DNA from: an uncultured Clostridia bacterium
Lineage (GTDB): Bacteria > Bacillota > Clostridia > TANB77 > CAG-508
NCBI GenBank assembly: GCA_949745595.1
Contig: CATJWN010000049.1
Coordinates: 4,991-68,990, forward strand
Length of the DNA: 64,000 nt
Direction of reading: 5' to 3'
A program made the translations under genes and the position numbers. The notes under the pieces are model-generated. The model searched no databases and had not been told where the DNA came from. It was given only the letters and a program-made list of their open reading frames with translations. Below are positions 54,486-62,653 of the stretch, in pieces. The first letter of the stretch is position 1, and each line of letters begins with the position of its first letter.

Positions 54486-55454
54486 TTAATTATATAAATA
54501 ATTTTGTGGATTTTTTGCTACACCATTCACTCTAATTTCTAAATGTAAATGATTTCCTGTCGAATTTCCTGTTGTACCGACACCTGCAATTACAGTTCCT
54601 TGTGAAACTGAATCCCCTGCATTTACATATATTGATCTACAGTGTGCATAATAAGTTTCAATTCCATTTCCATGAGAAACTACTACTAAATTTCCATAAG
54701 AGCCTTTATATCCAGCATATGTAACAACTCCTGTAGCTGCAACCTTAATTGGAGTTCCACCAGATGTTGCAATATCTAAACCTGTATGTAATCCTCTACT
54801 TCTATTACCAAACCTTGAAGTAATTATTCCCTCAATTGGTTTGATAAGTGCAAGTTCTAGAGGTGTATTATTATAATCTACTGTCTTTTTTGTGTTTACT
54901 GCCCTGTTTGCTTTTACTACTGGCTTTTCTACATATAAGTTTGCAACTGCTTCTTCTGTTCCAGTAAATTCCTTTGTTTCTGTTTCATATTTTAGTAAAT
55001 ATGAAATATCGTCTTTATTCATGCTGTTTTTATCTTTTAATTCTGTTACAACTCTTTCTGCTTCTTCATAAGTTTGTACATAATATTTTTCTTCTGAGCC
55101 ATTTAAAATCGCATAATATTTATAATAAGGAACGCCAGTATTTATAACTGTTTCAAAGATTTCGTCATCATTACTTTCGATTCCTTTTTGAAGTAAACAC
55201 AATTTATATTCTGGAAGTGTGTCAATATCTACAAAAGCTATAGTTTTATTGTCTCCGCTTTTTTGATACTCATCTATTTTATCTTGCATATCTCGCTTGT
55301 CCTCAGTATAACCAATAAATTTTCCATTTAAAGTTACACTATACATAGGATTATATACGAAAAATACTATAAAGCAAATTATTGCAATCGCTACTAAAAG
55401 TAAGGTTATAAGTTTTGTCCAAGTTCTTAAAAATACAATTATTTTTTTAAACAT
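54486..55454 (-). CDS. M23 family metallopeptidase (membrane anchored)
   Basis: N-terminal TM. C-terminal GLHTGLDIA...YAHCRSIYV..G..GNSTGNHLHLEIRVNG is the LytM/M23 signature. Confidence 0.85.
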   Translation of the reverse strand: MFKKIIVFLRTWTKLITLLLVAIAIICFIVFFVYNPMYSVTLNGKFIGYTEDKRDMQDKIDEYQKSGDNKTIAFVDIDTLPEYKLCLLQKGIESNDDEIFETVINTGVPYYKYYAILNGSEEKYYVQTYEEAERVVTELKDKNSMNKDDISYLLKYETETKEFTGTEEAVANLYVEKPVVKANRAVNTKKTVDYNNTPLELALIKPIEGIITSRFGNRSRGLHTGLDIATSGGTPIKVAATGVVTYAGYKGSYGNLVVVSHGNGIETYYAHCRSIYVNAGDSVSQGTVIAGVGTTGNSTGNHLHLEIRVNGVAKNPQNYLYN

Positions 55455-55636
55455 TTTTTTCTACTTACACCTCCCTTTTTAATACTTATTTATTTTATAT
55501 ATTATTCATTTTTTTATCAATTTTTAAAATTTTAACTTTTTAGTCGCTATGGTCGGTTTTTCTCTTTTTTTCTCGTTCATTTTTTCATATTCTCATTTTT
55601 CTCTTTTTTTCTATTTCCGTAGAAAAAATTAAAAAT

Positions 55637-55668
55637 GAGATAAATGTTTTAATTCACATTTATCCCAC
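55637..55668 (-). terminator. hairpin after the CotF-like gene
   Basis: Stem GATAAATG / CATTTATC with a 10-nt loop, then TCATTTTTAATTTTTT on the minus strand. Confidence 0.45.
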
Positions 55669-55674
55669 TTTTCT

Positions 55675-55917
55675 TTACATACATTCGTTATGAACTTTTG
55701 CAATTTCATCTGGCTTTGCTGGCTCTGCTGGTGAATAATACCCTTTACATTCAGCCAATTTAAATAACTCATATTGGAAATTCTCTGAAGAGTTCCTTAT
55801 GTTTTGTACTGTTTGTCTAAGTTCCATATTAGCACATTCTAATATTGCACCTTCATAATCCTTTATACCAGCTTTTGTGTTCTCTAGAATGTCATTTACC
55901 ATATACTTCTCTTCCAT
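55675..55917 (-). CDS. spore coat protein, CotF (Coat_F) family
   Basis: 80 aa. NDILENTKAGIKDYEGAILECANMELRQTVQNIRNSSENFQYELFKLAECKGYY matches the Coat_F pattern. Confidence 0.7.
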   Translation of the reverse strand: MEEKYMVNDILENTKAGIKDYEGAILECANMELRQTVQNIRNSSENFQYELFKLAECKGYYSPAEPAKPDEIAKVHNECM

Positions 55918-55927
55918 TATATACCTC

Positions 55928-56116
55928 CTAATTTTCTAAAAATGAAATAAGTTTTTGTTTAGTATTTAAACTGTCTTGCGCAGCTTTGTTAAATACTTGC
56001 TTAATCTGAGGATCTACTGCATATTCTGCATAGTTTTGTAGTTTTTGGTAAGAAGTATCCTGTGCCCCTATTAAATGTCTTAGATGTTGTAATTCTGCTT
56101 GATTTAAGTTTTGCAT
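55928..56116 (-). CDS. small spore-coat-associated protein, the usual partner gene upstream of CotF-like genes
   Basis: 62 aa. ..ELQHLRHLIGAQDTSYQKLQNYAEYAVDPQIKQVF... Stop is 10 nt before the CotF-like start. Confidence 0.5.
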   Translation of the reverse strand: MQNLNQAELQHLRHLIGAQDTSYQKLQNYAEYAVDPQIKQVFNKAAQDSLNTKQKLISFLEN

Positions 56117-56185
56117 AACCTATAATCTCCTTCTTTCTATAATTTGATAATTATACTATTTCCAAAACATTTAATTTATATACAT

Positions 56186-56216
56186 AAAAAAGCGTTCCAT
56201 TTCGAAACGCTTTTTT
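56186..56216. terminator. terminator after the BY-kinase gene
   Basis: AAAAAAGCGTT...AACGCTTTTTT: short GC stem flanked by A/T runs, immediately after the stop at 56220. Confidence 0.55.
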
Positions 56217-56219
56217 CTT

Positions 56220-58265
56220 TTATTCTTCCTCTTCATTGTCTATTTTTGCTGCTTTTATAGTTTTCTTTGCTTTTGCCGCTGTTGTAGTTGTTGTTTTCTT
56301 CGTAGAAGCTTTTTTAGTTAACTCGGCTTTTTGCTTATAATAATCTTCAATAAATTTTTTAATTTTTTCGTTATTATTTGCTTGTGAATTTGCAAGTTCT
56401 TCTGTAATATTCTTCATTTCCATCAATTCTTCTTTTAGCTCATCTATTGCATCATCGTCTTTTATATCATCTATAGATTGTTTTAAATTGCTAATATCGA
56501 ATCTTATAAGCTCAATATCTTTTGAAGATACCTGATTTGTATTTACTGCTACTTGCATAAGCATATTTTTCATTGCCGCAAGCTCACTATCTATTTTTTC
56601 AATTTTATATTCAATAGCCGCAGACATTTCTGTTTTATTGCTACCACTACTACTGCTACTAAATACTGTGCCTTTGAAAATATCAATTCCTTTAAAGCTT
56701 GGAGCTGCGTTTGGTGTTGTAAGTAAATTTGCATCTTTCATATCTACATATCTGAAAGAGTTAGTATTTATATTTGCATCTGCTAAAAAGTTTTCAACTG
56801 TTCTAATTTCAGTGCGTGAAGATTCTACTAATTTACTCTCTACTCTTGCTTCACTATAATAGTATGAAGATGTATAACCTTCTTTAGTAAGTGGATATTT
56901 ATTAAGTACAGCACCATTTAGTCTTGTTCCTACTTGTTCAAAAGTTTTTATTAATTTCTTTATTTCTTCTGTTTTTGATGTTTTATAAGCTGTAACTAGC
57001 ATTGAATAATCAACAAATCTAGAAATAACAACGCTATCTGCAATAATACTTGATGGTGTACCATCTATAATAATAATATCATAAATCTCACCTAATACTG
57101 ATAGTAAACCTTTAATCTTAGGAGCACTTAATAATTCTGCTGGGTTTGATGGTCTGCTTCCTGAAGTCATTAAATGCAAGTTTGGTACTTGTGTTGTTTT
57201 AATATACGAAGTTACTTCACCAATATCTACTTTTGTTTCTTCACAATTTGCTAAATAATTTGATAAACCTCTTTTGTTTTCTAATCCAAAAATCTTGTTT
57301 TGTCTACCCTTACGCATATCAGCATCAACAATAATAACTTTTTTATCAGTCTTAGCTATTGTTGCTGCTAAATTTGCTGCTACATAAGATTTTCCTTCAC
57401 CCATTCTAGAAGATGTTATAAGTATTGTTTTTGTGTTTTGAGCAAAAGTAACATTTGTACGAAGTGCTCTAAAAGCTTCCGCAACAGGTGATTTAGCATT
57501 GTCTAATATTACTATTTCATTGTCTTTATTAAATTTCTTACGTGATCCTATTTCATTATTTCTGCTTGAAGATTCTTTTTGTATACTTTTTTCTAATTTT
57601 CTTTCAAAAACTGGTATAGTTCCAAGAATTGGTAATCCAATTTCTTCAAGGTCTTCCTCTTCTTTAACTGTTGTATCTAACATATAAATAAGAAGTATTA
57701 AACCGCAAGATAAGAAAGCACCTAACATTCCAAATATGATAAGATCTTTCGGATGATTTATATTATAAGGACTTGTTGCTCTTTCTGCTGCATCAATGAT
57801 ATTTACGTTTTCAATTTTGAAAATTTCTTCAGCCTCTTCAACAAAAACTTTAGCTATTTCTTTTGCTATTGTTTCTGCAAGTTCTGCATTCTCATTTGAT
57901 ACAGATAAAACAATCATTGCTTGGTTTTCTTGTGTAATGTTCATCATACCTTTAATTGTTGTTACAGACATATTAAGACCAAGATTATCAATTACTTTAC
58001 TAACTACTCTTTTACTTCCTAACAAGGAAATATATGGTTGTATTAAAGTACTAGTCATTGATAAATCGGCAACTTGATTCTCGTCTTCACTCTTTTCATC
58101 AGACAATTGTGCAAGTAAAAACGATGTAGTTGAACGATACTTTGGTATTACACACATATATGAATAAAAATAGCCTACCCCTAGGGAGACAATCATTATT
58201 AATATAATAAAAATTTTCTTTGCCCACGCTAATTTGGCAAATTTTTTCAAATCAAATTCTTCCAT
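56220..58265 (-). CDS. fused Wzz/CpsC-type chain-length determinant and CpsD-type tyrosine autokinase (BY-kinase), with a C-terminal extension of about 200 aa
   Basis: Two TMs flank a Wzz-like loop. Walker A SSRMGEGKSYVAANLA, Walker A' VIIVDADMRKG, Walker B DIIIIDGTP, Tyr cluster YTSSYYYS. Then a coiled coil and a KKASTKKTTTTTAAKAKK tail. Confidence 0.8.
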   Translation of the reverse strand: MEEFDLKKFAKLAWAKKIFIILIMIVSLGVGYFYSYMCVIPKYRSTTSFLLAQLSDEKSEDENQVADLSMTSTLIQPYISLLGSKRVVSKVIDNLGLNMSVTTIKGMMNITQENQAMIVLSVSNENAELAETIAKEIAKVFVEEAEEIFKIENVNIIDAAERATSPYNINHPKDLIIFGMLGAFLSCGLILLIYMLDTTVKEEEDLEEIGLPILGTIPVFERKLEKSIQKESSSRNNEIGSRKKFNKDNEIVILDNAKSPVAEAFRALRTNVTFAQNTKTILITSSRMGEGKSYVAANLAATIAKTDKKVIIVDADMRKGRQNKIFGLENKRGLSNYLANCEETKVDIGEVTSYIKTTQVPNLHLMTSGSRPSNPAELLSAPKIKGLLSVLGEIYDIIIIDGTPSSIIADSVVISRFVDYSMLVTAYKTSKTEEIKKLIKTFEQVGTRLNGAVLNKYPLTKEGYTSSYYYSEARVESKLVESSRTEIRTVENFLADANINTNSFRYVDMKDANLLTTPNAAPSFKGIDIFKGTVFSSSSSGSNKTEMSAAIEYKIEKIDSELAAMKNMLMQVAVNTNQVSSKDIELIRFDISNLKQSIDDIKDDDAIDELKEELMEMKNITEELANSQANNNEKIKKFIEDYYKQKAELTKKASTKKTTTTTAAKAKKTIKAAKIDNEEEE

Positions 58266-58318
58266 TAACTCTCACCCAGATTATTATACTTATAATAAAA
58301 TTTTTTTTCAACAGATAT

Positions 58319-59029
58319 TTACATATTTTTTAATATTTTTTCTTGGCATTTTTCTGTAATATAATCGTAATAATCATTCTTTGCGTAGCGCTTCAAGACT
58401 TTAAGTATTTTACCCATTTTAGTATATGTTGAACTTTCTCTATGGGTATCTGTTGATAATAATGATATTTTTTCTTCCTTTAATAATTTCTTTAAAGTTT
58501 TTTCTGCTAGTCTTCCATATTTGCCAAGTAAAGATTCATAATTTCCTTGTAATAACACGCCTCTTTCTAAAAATTGGTCAAAATATTTTAAATCTTTTTG
58601 TGCATATATGTATCTTTCCGGATGTGCCATAATCACTGTATATCCTGCAAATACAAGGTTTTCTATCATTTCGTCTGCATTAAGCAACTTTTGTGTAATT
58701 GGTAATTCTACTAATACATATTTACTATCTGAAATTGTGGAAACTTTGCCTTCACTTATTAAGTCTCCCATATTATCTGCAACATATACTTCATTTCCTA
58801 AATAAAGTTCAATATCAATATTTTGTTCTAATAATTTTTCTTTTATAATTTCTAATCTGGCTTTGTTTTCTTCTTTAGTTTTTATATAATGTGGTTCCAT
58901 ATAATGAGGAGTGCAGCAGATTTTTTTGAAACCTGCTGCCTCTGCTTCTTTCAATATATTTATACTATTTTCTATAGTTCTTGCACCGTCATCTGTGTCA
59001 TAGATTATATGACAATGTAAATCTATCAT
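58319..59029 (-). CDS. PHP-family protein-tyrosine phosphatase (CpsB/YwqE type)
   Basis: 236 aa. MIDLHCHIIYDTDDGA, CCTPHY, AHPERY and STDTH motifs. Confidence 0.85.
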   Translation of the reverse strand: MIDLHCHIIYDTDDGARTIENSINILKEAEAAGFKKICCTPHYMEPHYIKTKEENKARLEIIKEKLLEQNIDIELYLGNEVYVADNMGDLISEGKVSTISDSKYVLVELPITQKLLNADEMIENLVFAGYTVIMAHPERYIYAQKDLKYFDQFLERGVLLQGNYESLLGKYGRLAEKTLKKLLKEEKISLLSTDTHRESSTYTKMGKILKVLKRYAKNDYYDYITEKCQEKILKNM

Positions 59030-59039
59030 CTCTTTTCTC

Positions 59040-59162
59040 CTAAAATGTAACTTTTAAATATTCTTTTGTGTCATCCCCAAACATTATACTAGGTAAATTT
59101 TCATAATCGTATTCATTGTTATTGTAATTACTAGCAAATGGTAAAAATTCACTATATAACAT
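59040..59162 (-). CDS. small hypothetical protein (40 aa), below the ORF-track cutoff
   Basis: ATG at 59162 preceded by AAGGAGGAG. MLYSEFLPFASNYNNNEYDYENLPSIMFGDDTKEYLKVTF. Stop is 10 nt before the phosphatase ATG. Confidence 0.35.
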   Translation of the reverse strand: MLYSEFLPFASNYNNNEYDYENLPSIMFGDDTKEYLKVTF

Positions 59163-59244
59163 ACTGCTCCTCCTTCTTTATTTCCCTAAAGGGATTTACA
59201 CATTTTTTATTATATCATATTTACCATTTTTTGTAAACTAATAC

Positions 59245-59273
59245 TTGACTTTATGCTTCTTTCATATTATAAT
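59245..59273 (+). promoter_or_regulatory. sigma-A promoter of tRNA-Lys
   Basis: TTGACT (59245-59250), 17-nt spacer, TATAAT (59268-59273), 25 nt before the tRNA 5' end. Confidence 0.65.
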
Positions 59274-59297
59274 AACACTTGTCAAATAAATATATTT

Positions 59298-59373
59298 GGG
59301 TTATTAGCTCAGTTGGTAGAGCAGCAGACTCTTAATCTGACGGTCCGGGGTTCGACTCCCCGATGACCCACCA
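59298..59373 (+). tRNA. tRNA-Lys (anticodon CUU)
   Basis: Cloverleaf GGGTTAT/ATGACCC acceptor, GCTC..GAGC D-arm, 7-nt anticodon loop CTCTTAA, CGGGG-TTCGACT-CCCCG T-arm, encoded CCA. Perfect TTGACT-17-TATAAT promoter upstream and a terminator downstream. Confidence 0.9.
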
Positions 59374-59376
59374 AAC

Positions 59377-59407
59377 AAAAAAGCACATACGAATTATGTG
59401 CTTTTTT
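59377..59407. terminator. bidirectional terminator between tRNA-Lys and the toxin gene
   Basis: Stem GCACATA / TATGTGC, 5-nt loop, flanked by AAAAAA and TTTTTT. Confidence 0.75.
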
Positions 59408-59418
59408 GTTTGGTGCTT

Positions 59419-59709
59419 TTATAATAAATTTATCCAATTTCTTCTTGCATACATAATTCTGACAATTTCTATATCATTATTTACTTTATTATCAACAATT
59501 AATTTTCTTATTTTAAATTGCTTTATAAACTTGTCGTCTGTGATTGCATATCTTTGTGGATTATCTTTTAATTTATCTATTTCTTTTCGTATTTTTATAA
59601 TCACCTTTCGAGCTATTTTTGGTTCCTGTAAATTATATTTAATATATTTTTTTATACCTATTAAATCTTGTTTTGCTTCTTTTGAATATTCTATTTGTTT
59701 TTTCTTCAA
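59419..59709 (-). CDS. type II toxin-antitoxin system RelE/ParE family toxin
   Basis: 96 aa. ..IEYSKEAKQDLIGIKKYIKYNL..PKIARKVI..I...I..L..NPQ.. and C-terminal ..IVRIMYARRNW pattern. Directly downstream of the antitoxin gene. Confidence 0.75.
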   Translation of the reverse strand: MKKKQIEYSKEAKQDLIGIKKYIKYNLQEPKIARKVIIKIRKEIDKLKDNPQRYAITDDKFIKQFKIRKLIVDNKVNNDIEIVRIMYARRNWINLL

Positions 59710-59729
59710 AAAGTACCCTTCTTTCTAGT

Positions 59730-59963
59730 CTAAATTTGCTCTAATTCTTCATATACCTCATCCTCTGAATATTTTTCTCCTTTTTCTAATTCTTTATATA
59801 ACATATATTTATCCGTTAATAGCTCATATAATTCAATACTCATTACTGCTAGATCTCCAGCACCATTCTTAGTAATATAAACAGGACTTTTTGTCTGATG
59901 ACAAATTCTGGAAATTTCATTGTAATTGTTTCTTAAATCTGAACTTGGTCTAATAATTGGCAT
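59730..59963 (-). CDS. type II antitoxin, Phd/YefM family
   Basis: 77 aa from the ATG at 59963 (SD GGAGGT). MPIIRPSSDLRNNYNEISRICHQTKSPVYITKNGAGDLAVMSIELYE is the typical Phd/YefM N-terminal domain. Confidence 0.75.
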   Translation of the reverse strand: MPIIRPSSDLRNNYNEISRICHQTKSPVYITKNGAGDLAVMSIELYELLTDKYMLYKELEKGEKYSEDEVYEELEQI

Positions 59964-60032
59964 AATAAATACCTCCACTAATATTATATCAATATTTTAT
60001 CAAAATATTGATATAAAGTCAACAATTATTAT

Positions 60033-60194
60033 TCATTGCTTACTTTTCTTACTCAAATACTTTTCATACTCATCTTTTATAAAGATTTTACTTCTATTGC
60101 AGTTAGGTTCTAGTAATGAGCAATGATTATAACAACCTCTGCAGCTTTTATTTTCTATATATTTTTCAAATTCCTTGTCGTCTAAATAATCCAT
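60033..60194 (-). CDS. small Cys-rich hypothetical protein (53 aa), below the ORF-track cutoff
   Basis: ATG at 60194 with SD AAGGAG. MDYLDDKEFEKYIENKSCRGCYNHCSLLEPNCNRSKIFIKDEYEKYLSKKSKQ (C-x2-C-x3-C-x6-C). 17 nt downstream of the FTR-like gene. Confidence 0.4.
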   Translation of the reverse strand: MDYLDDKEFEKYIENKSCRGCYNHCSLLEPNCNRSKIFIKDEYEKYLSKKSKQ

Positions 60195-60211
60195 AAAATT
60201 CTCCTTATATT

Positions 60212-60409
60212 TTATTTTGATTTATAATAAAGTAAACAATGGCAATATCCTTCAAACTCAGGATCTGCTATCTGCTCACGAAATTCTTTGCACATACATT
60301 TTGTATCTTCTGTTTTCTCTAATCTACAAGGACAATACCCTCCTGTTTTTTGTAACCCTTCCTTGATTGTATCTACAATTTCTTTATTCTCATTTAATTT
60401 TACCGCCAT
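60212..60409 (-). CDS. ferredoxin-thioredoxin reductase catalytic-subunit-like protein
   Basis: 65 aa. GGYCPCRLEKTEDTKCMCKEF....EGYCHCLLY reproduces the CPC / CxC / CHC cysteine pattern of the FTR catalytic domain. Confidence 0.75.
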   Translation of the reverse strand: MAVKLNENKEIVDTIKEGLQKTGGYCPCRLEKTEDTKCMCKEFREQIADPEFEGYCHCLLYYKSK

Positions 60410-60468
60410 AATTTTAACCTCCGTATTTAATTATTAATCAAATTATAACATAAATTTTCTTTAAAACA

Positions 60469-60497
60469 AAGACAAATAGCTAATTTTATGATATAAT
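60469..60497 (+). promoter_or_regulatory. putative extended -10 promoter for the rSAM/SPASM-PNPOx operon
   Basis: AAGACA, 17-nt spacer, TGaTATAAT (TG at 60489-60490, TATAAT at 60492-60497). Confidence 0.5.
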
Positions 60498-60531
60498 ATA
60501 AATAGTTTGGAAAAAAATGGAGGATGTATAA

Positions 60532-61614
60532 ATGGAAAATAAGTTACAAGAAATTGATTTTCACATAACTGATGTCTGCCAAGGACACTGTCCTATGTGT
60601 TATGCAACAGAAGAAGGAATGTGTAGAACTCACGGTGATATCGAAACACTAAAGAAGGTAGTACATAATGCCATTGCCAATGGTGAAGTAGAAAGGTTTG
60701 TAATGGTTGGTGGGGATCCTTGTGAACACCCTCAAATTATGGAACTTCTAAGATATATAAAAGAAGAAGGAAAGGCCCATAACGTAAATACCAGAACTAT
60801 TGTATTATCTAATACCCACGATTATAGAGATAACGGGCAAATAGTACCTTTAGAAGAAGTTGCAAAATATGTTGACGAAATGTCAGTTACTGTTCACGGT
60901 GCAACAGCTGAAGAACATGATGCTTTTAATGGTGTACCTGGTTCTTATGCTCACGTTATGGAAAACCTAAAAGAATTTGCTAGAGTAAAAGGTGATAATC
61001 AAGAAATTTCTGCAACTATAAATGTTATGCCTCATACAATTCATAATATGGAACAAATAATGCTTAGAACAGCTTTAGAATTAAATGGAAACTTAGATTA
61101 TTTCTTTATTCAAAGAATCGCTCCAAGTGGTAGAGCAAAAGACAAAGCATTTTTTATACAACAAGTAGAAGTAAACGAAGTAATGAAAGTATTTAAAGCT
61201 CTAAAAGATGAACACGGTTTTAATATTGAATTTTGTGATGTATTTCCTTGGTGTGCTGTAAAACCCGAATACAGGGATATGTTACCTAAAGGTGGTTGTA
61301 ATTGGGGCACAGAAGTATGTGCTGTCTTTGCAGATGGTAGTGTTAAAAGATGTGCAATAGGTGAAAACACTTTATCAGCTAATATGGCTGAACTAGATAC
61401 TCCTGAAAAATTTAAAGCTTTTTGGGAAACTGACCAAGAATTACAGAAATTCAGAAAAATGGCTCATTTAGATGAACAATGCAAAACTTGTGAAATGCTA
61501 CAAGATTGCGGTGGCGGCTGCACAATGGGAAGAAAAGATGGAGACCCATATAAAACAGAAGTTACTTCTGTTGGACACGATATCCTAAGAGCACCAAGTC
61601 GCGAAGGTAGATAA
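60532..61614 (+). CDS. radical SAM / SPASM domain protein
   Basis: 360 aa. CQGHCPMCYA (CxxxCxxC) near the N-terminus. C-terminal CAVFADGSVKRCAIGE...CKTCEMLQDCGGGCTMG is SPASM-type. SD GGAGGA upstream. Confidence 0.8.
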   Translation: MENKLQEIDFHITDVCQGHCPMCYATEEGMCRTHGDIETLKKVVHNAIANGEVERFVMVGGDPCEHPQIMELLRYIKEEGKAHNVNTRTIVLSNTHDYRDNGQIVPLEEVAKYVDEMSVTVHGATAEEHDAFNGVPGSYAHVMENLKEFARVKGDNQEISATINVMPHTIHNMEQIMLRTALELNGNLDYFFIQRIAPSGRAKDKAFFIQQVEVNEVMKVFKALKDEHGFNIEFCDVFPWCAVKPEYRDMLPKGGCNWGTEVCAVFADGSVKRCAIGENTLSANMAELDTPEKFKAFWETDQELQKFRKMAHLDEQCKTCEMLQDCGGGCTMGRKDGDPYKTEVTSVGHDILRAPSREGR

Positions 61615-61630
61615 TTAAGGAGGAAAGAAA

Positions 61631-62035
61631 ATGGAAGAAACTTTTGAATTTTTAAAAGTTAGAACACAAGTAAATTACATAGCTACAATCAATGGAGATA
61701 AACCAAGTTGTAGACCTTTTGGAGATCCAGTACTATTTGACAGTAAAATATATGTCATAACAAATGCTAACAAAAAAGTTGCTAAACAAATAGAAGCTAA
61801 TAACAATGTATGTATTGTTGCTTATGACGAAACAGACTGGATTAGAATAGACTGCAAGCTTATTGATGATAGCAATAATATAGAAGCAAAAAAAGCTATA
61901 ATTAACGAATTTGACTGGGCAGAAGAAGCAGGATACACTTTAGACAATCCCGATTTTAAAGCTTTCTATATAGCAAATGCTACTTCAATCATATATGATG
62001 AAGATGGTAATGAAATATCAAAACATAATTTTTAA
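61631..62035 (+). CDS. pyridoxamine 5'-phosphate oxidase family (FMN-binding split-barrel) protein
   Basis: 134 aa. ..VNYIATINGDKPSCRPFGDPVLFDSKIYVITNANKKVAKQIEANNNVCIVAY.. is typical of the PNPOx-like family. SD AAGGAGG; 16 nt after the rSAM stop. Confidence 0.7.
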   Translation: MEETFEFLKVRTQVNYIATINGDKPSCRPFGDPVLFDSKIYVITNANKKVAKQIEANNNVCIVAYDETDWIRIDCKLIDDSNNIEAKKAIINEFDWAEEAGYTLDNPDFKAFYIANATSIIYDEDGNEISKHNF

Positions 62036-62040
62036 ATAAT

Positions 62041-62068
62041 AAAAGGTATATCTTTCGATATACCTTTT
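62041..62068. terminator. bidirectional terminator between the PNPOx-like gene and the convergent 62067..62519 gene
   Basis: Stem AAAAGGTATATC / GATATACCTTTT with a 4-nt loop. Confidence 0.75.
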
Positions 62069-62519
62069 ATTTATGAAATATTGCTTTTATTTTACTTATA
62101 ATTTTGGTAAAAAAGCTTTCTTTATACTCTGTCATTGCCACTGCTTCTTTATCTGGTTCGCGATTTGTTGCTACTGTATTATTGTTATTCTTAAATATAT
62201 TATCTGGATTATATTTTTCTCTAAGCTCTGCTTCTAGTTTAGTTTGATTATCATTTAAAAGATCAATATATTCTTGTTTTTTATCTTGCGGACAAAGGTA
62301 ATTATAGTAAATTACACTAAGCATTGCTTTTGTTTCTTTCTTTAAGTTTAATTCTTCAATTTGTTTACTTCTATCAAAAGCTATTTTGTATGTTTTTGAA
62401 GCATTTTCTTTAAGGAAGTTTATAAATTTTTGTGGAATTCCCTGTTTTTCTTCAAAAGGTGTATTATCTAATATCGCTAGTACTTCAACAAATGCCTCAC
62501 TATATCCCTCAGAAACCAT
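62067..62519 (-). CDS. hypothetical protein
   Basis: 150-aa ORF bracketed by a terminator hairpin. It resembles the C-terminal extension seen on some Firmicute XRE-type regulators but has no HTH here. No function assigned. Confidence 0.5.
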   Translation of the reverse strand: MVSEGYSEAFVEVLAILDNTPFEEKQGIPQKFINFLKENASKTYKIAFDRSKQIEELNLKKETKAMLSVIYYNYLCPQDKKQEYIDLLNDNQTKLEAELREKYNPDNIFKNNNNTVATNREPDKEAVAMTEYKESFFTKIISKIKAIFHK

Positions 62520-62653
62520 ATTTTTTCTCCTAAGTATTAATATTTATTTTATTATATTGCTAAAAATTTTTTTATTCAAGTATTAAATAAAAATTTGCTT
62601 TTTTATTCTGTTATGTTATAATGTTATTAGATTACTTAAGAAGGAGATTTATT

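Noticed and set aside
55557-55612. 17-nt direct repeat TTTTCTCTTTTTTTCT (55557-55573 and 55596-55612) upstream of the M23 peptidase gene
   Set aside because: It is a pyrimidine low-complexity sequence in an AT-rich intergenic region. There are only two copies and no associated structure or gene pattern, so it is most likely compositional.
59298-59373. The tRNA in the window as the possible quadruplet or CGG decoder
   Set aside because: It has a normal 7-nt anticodon loop CTCTTAA with anticodon CTT (Lys) and standard arms. Nothing links it to CGG decoding.
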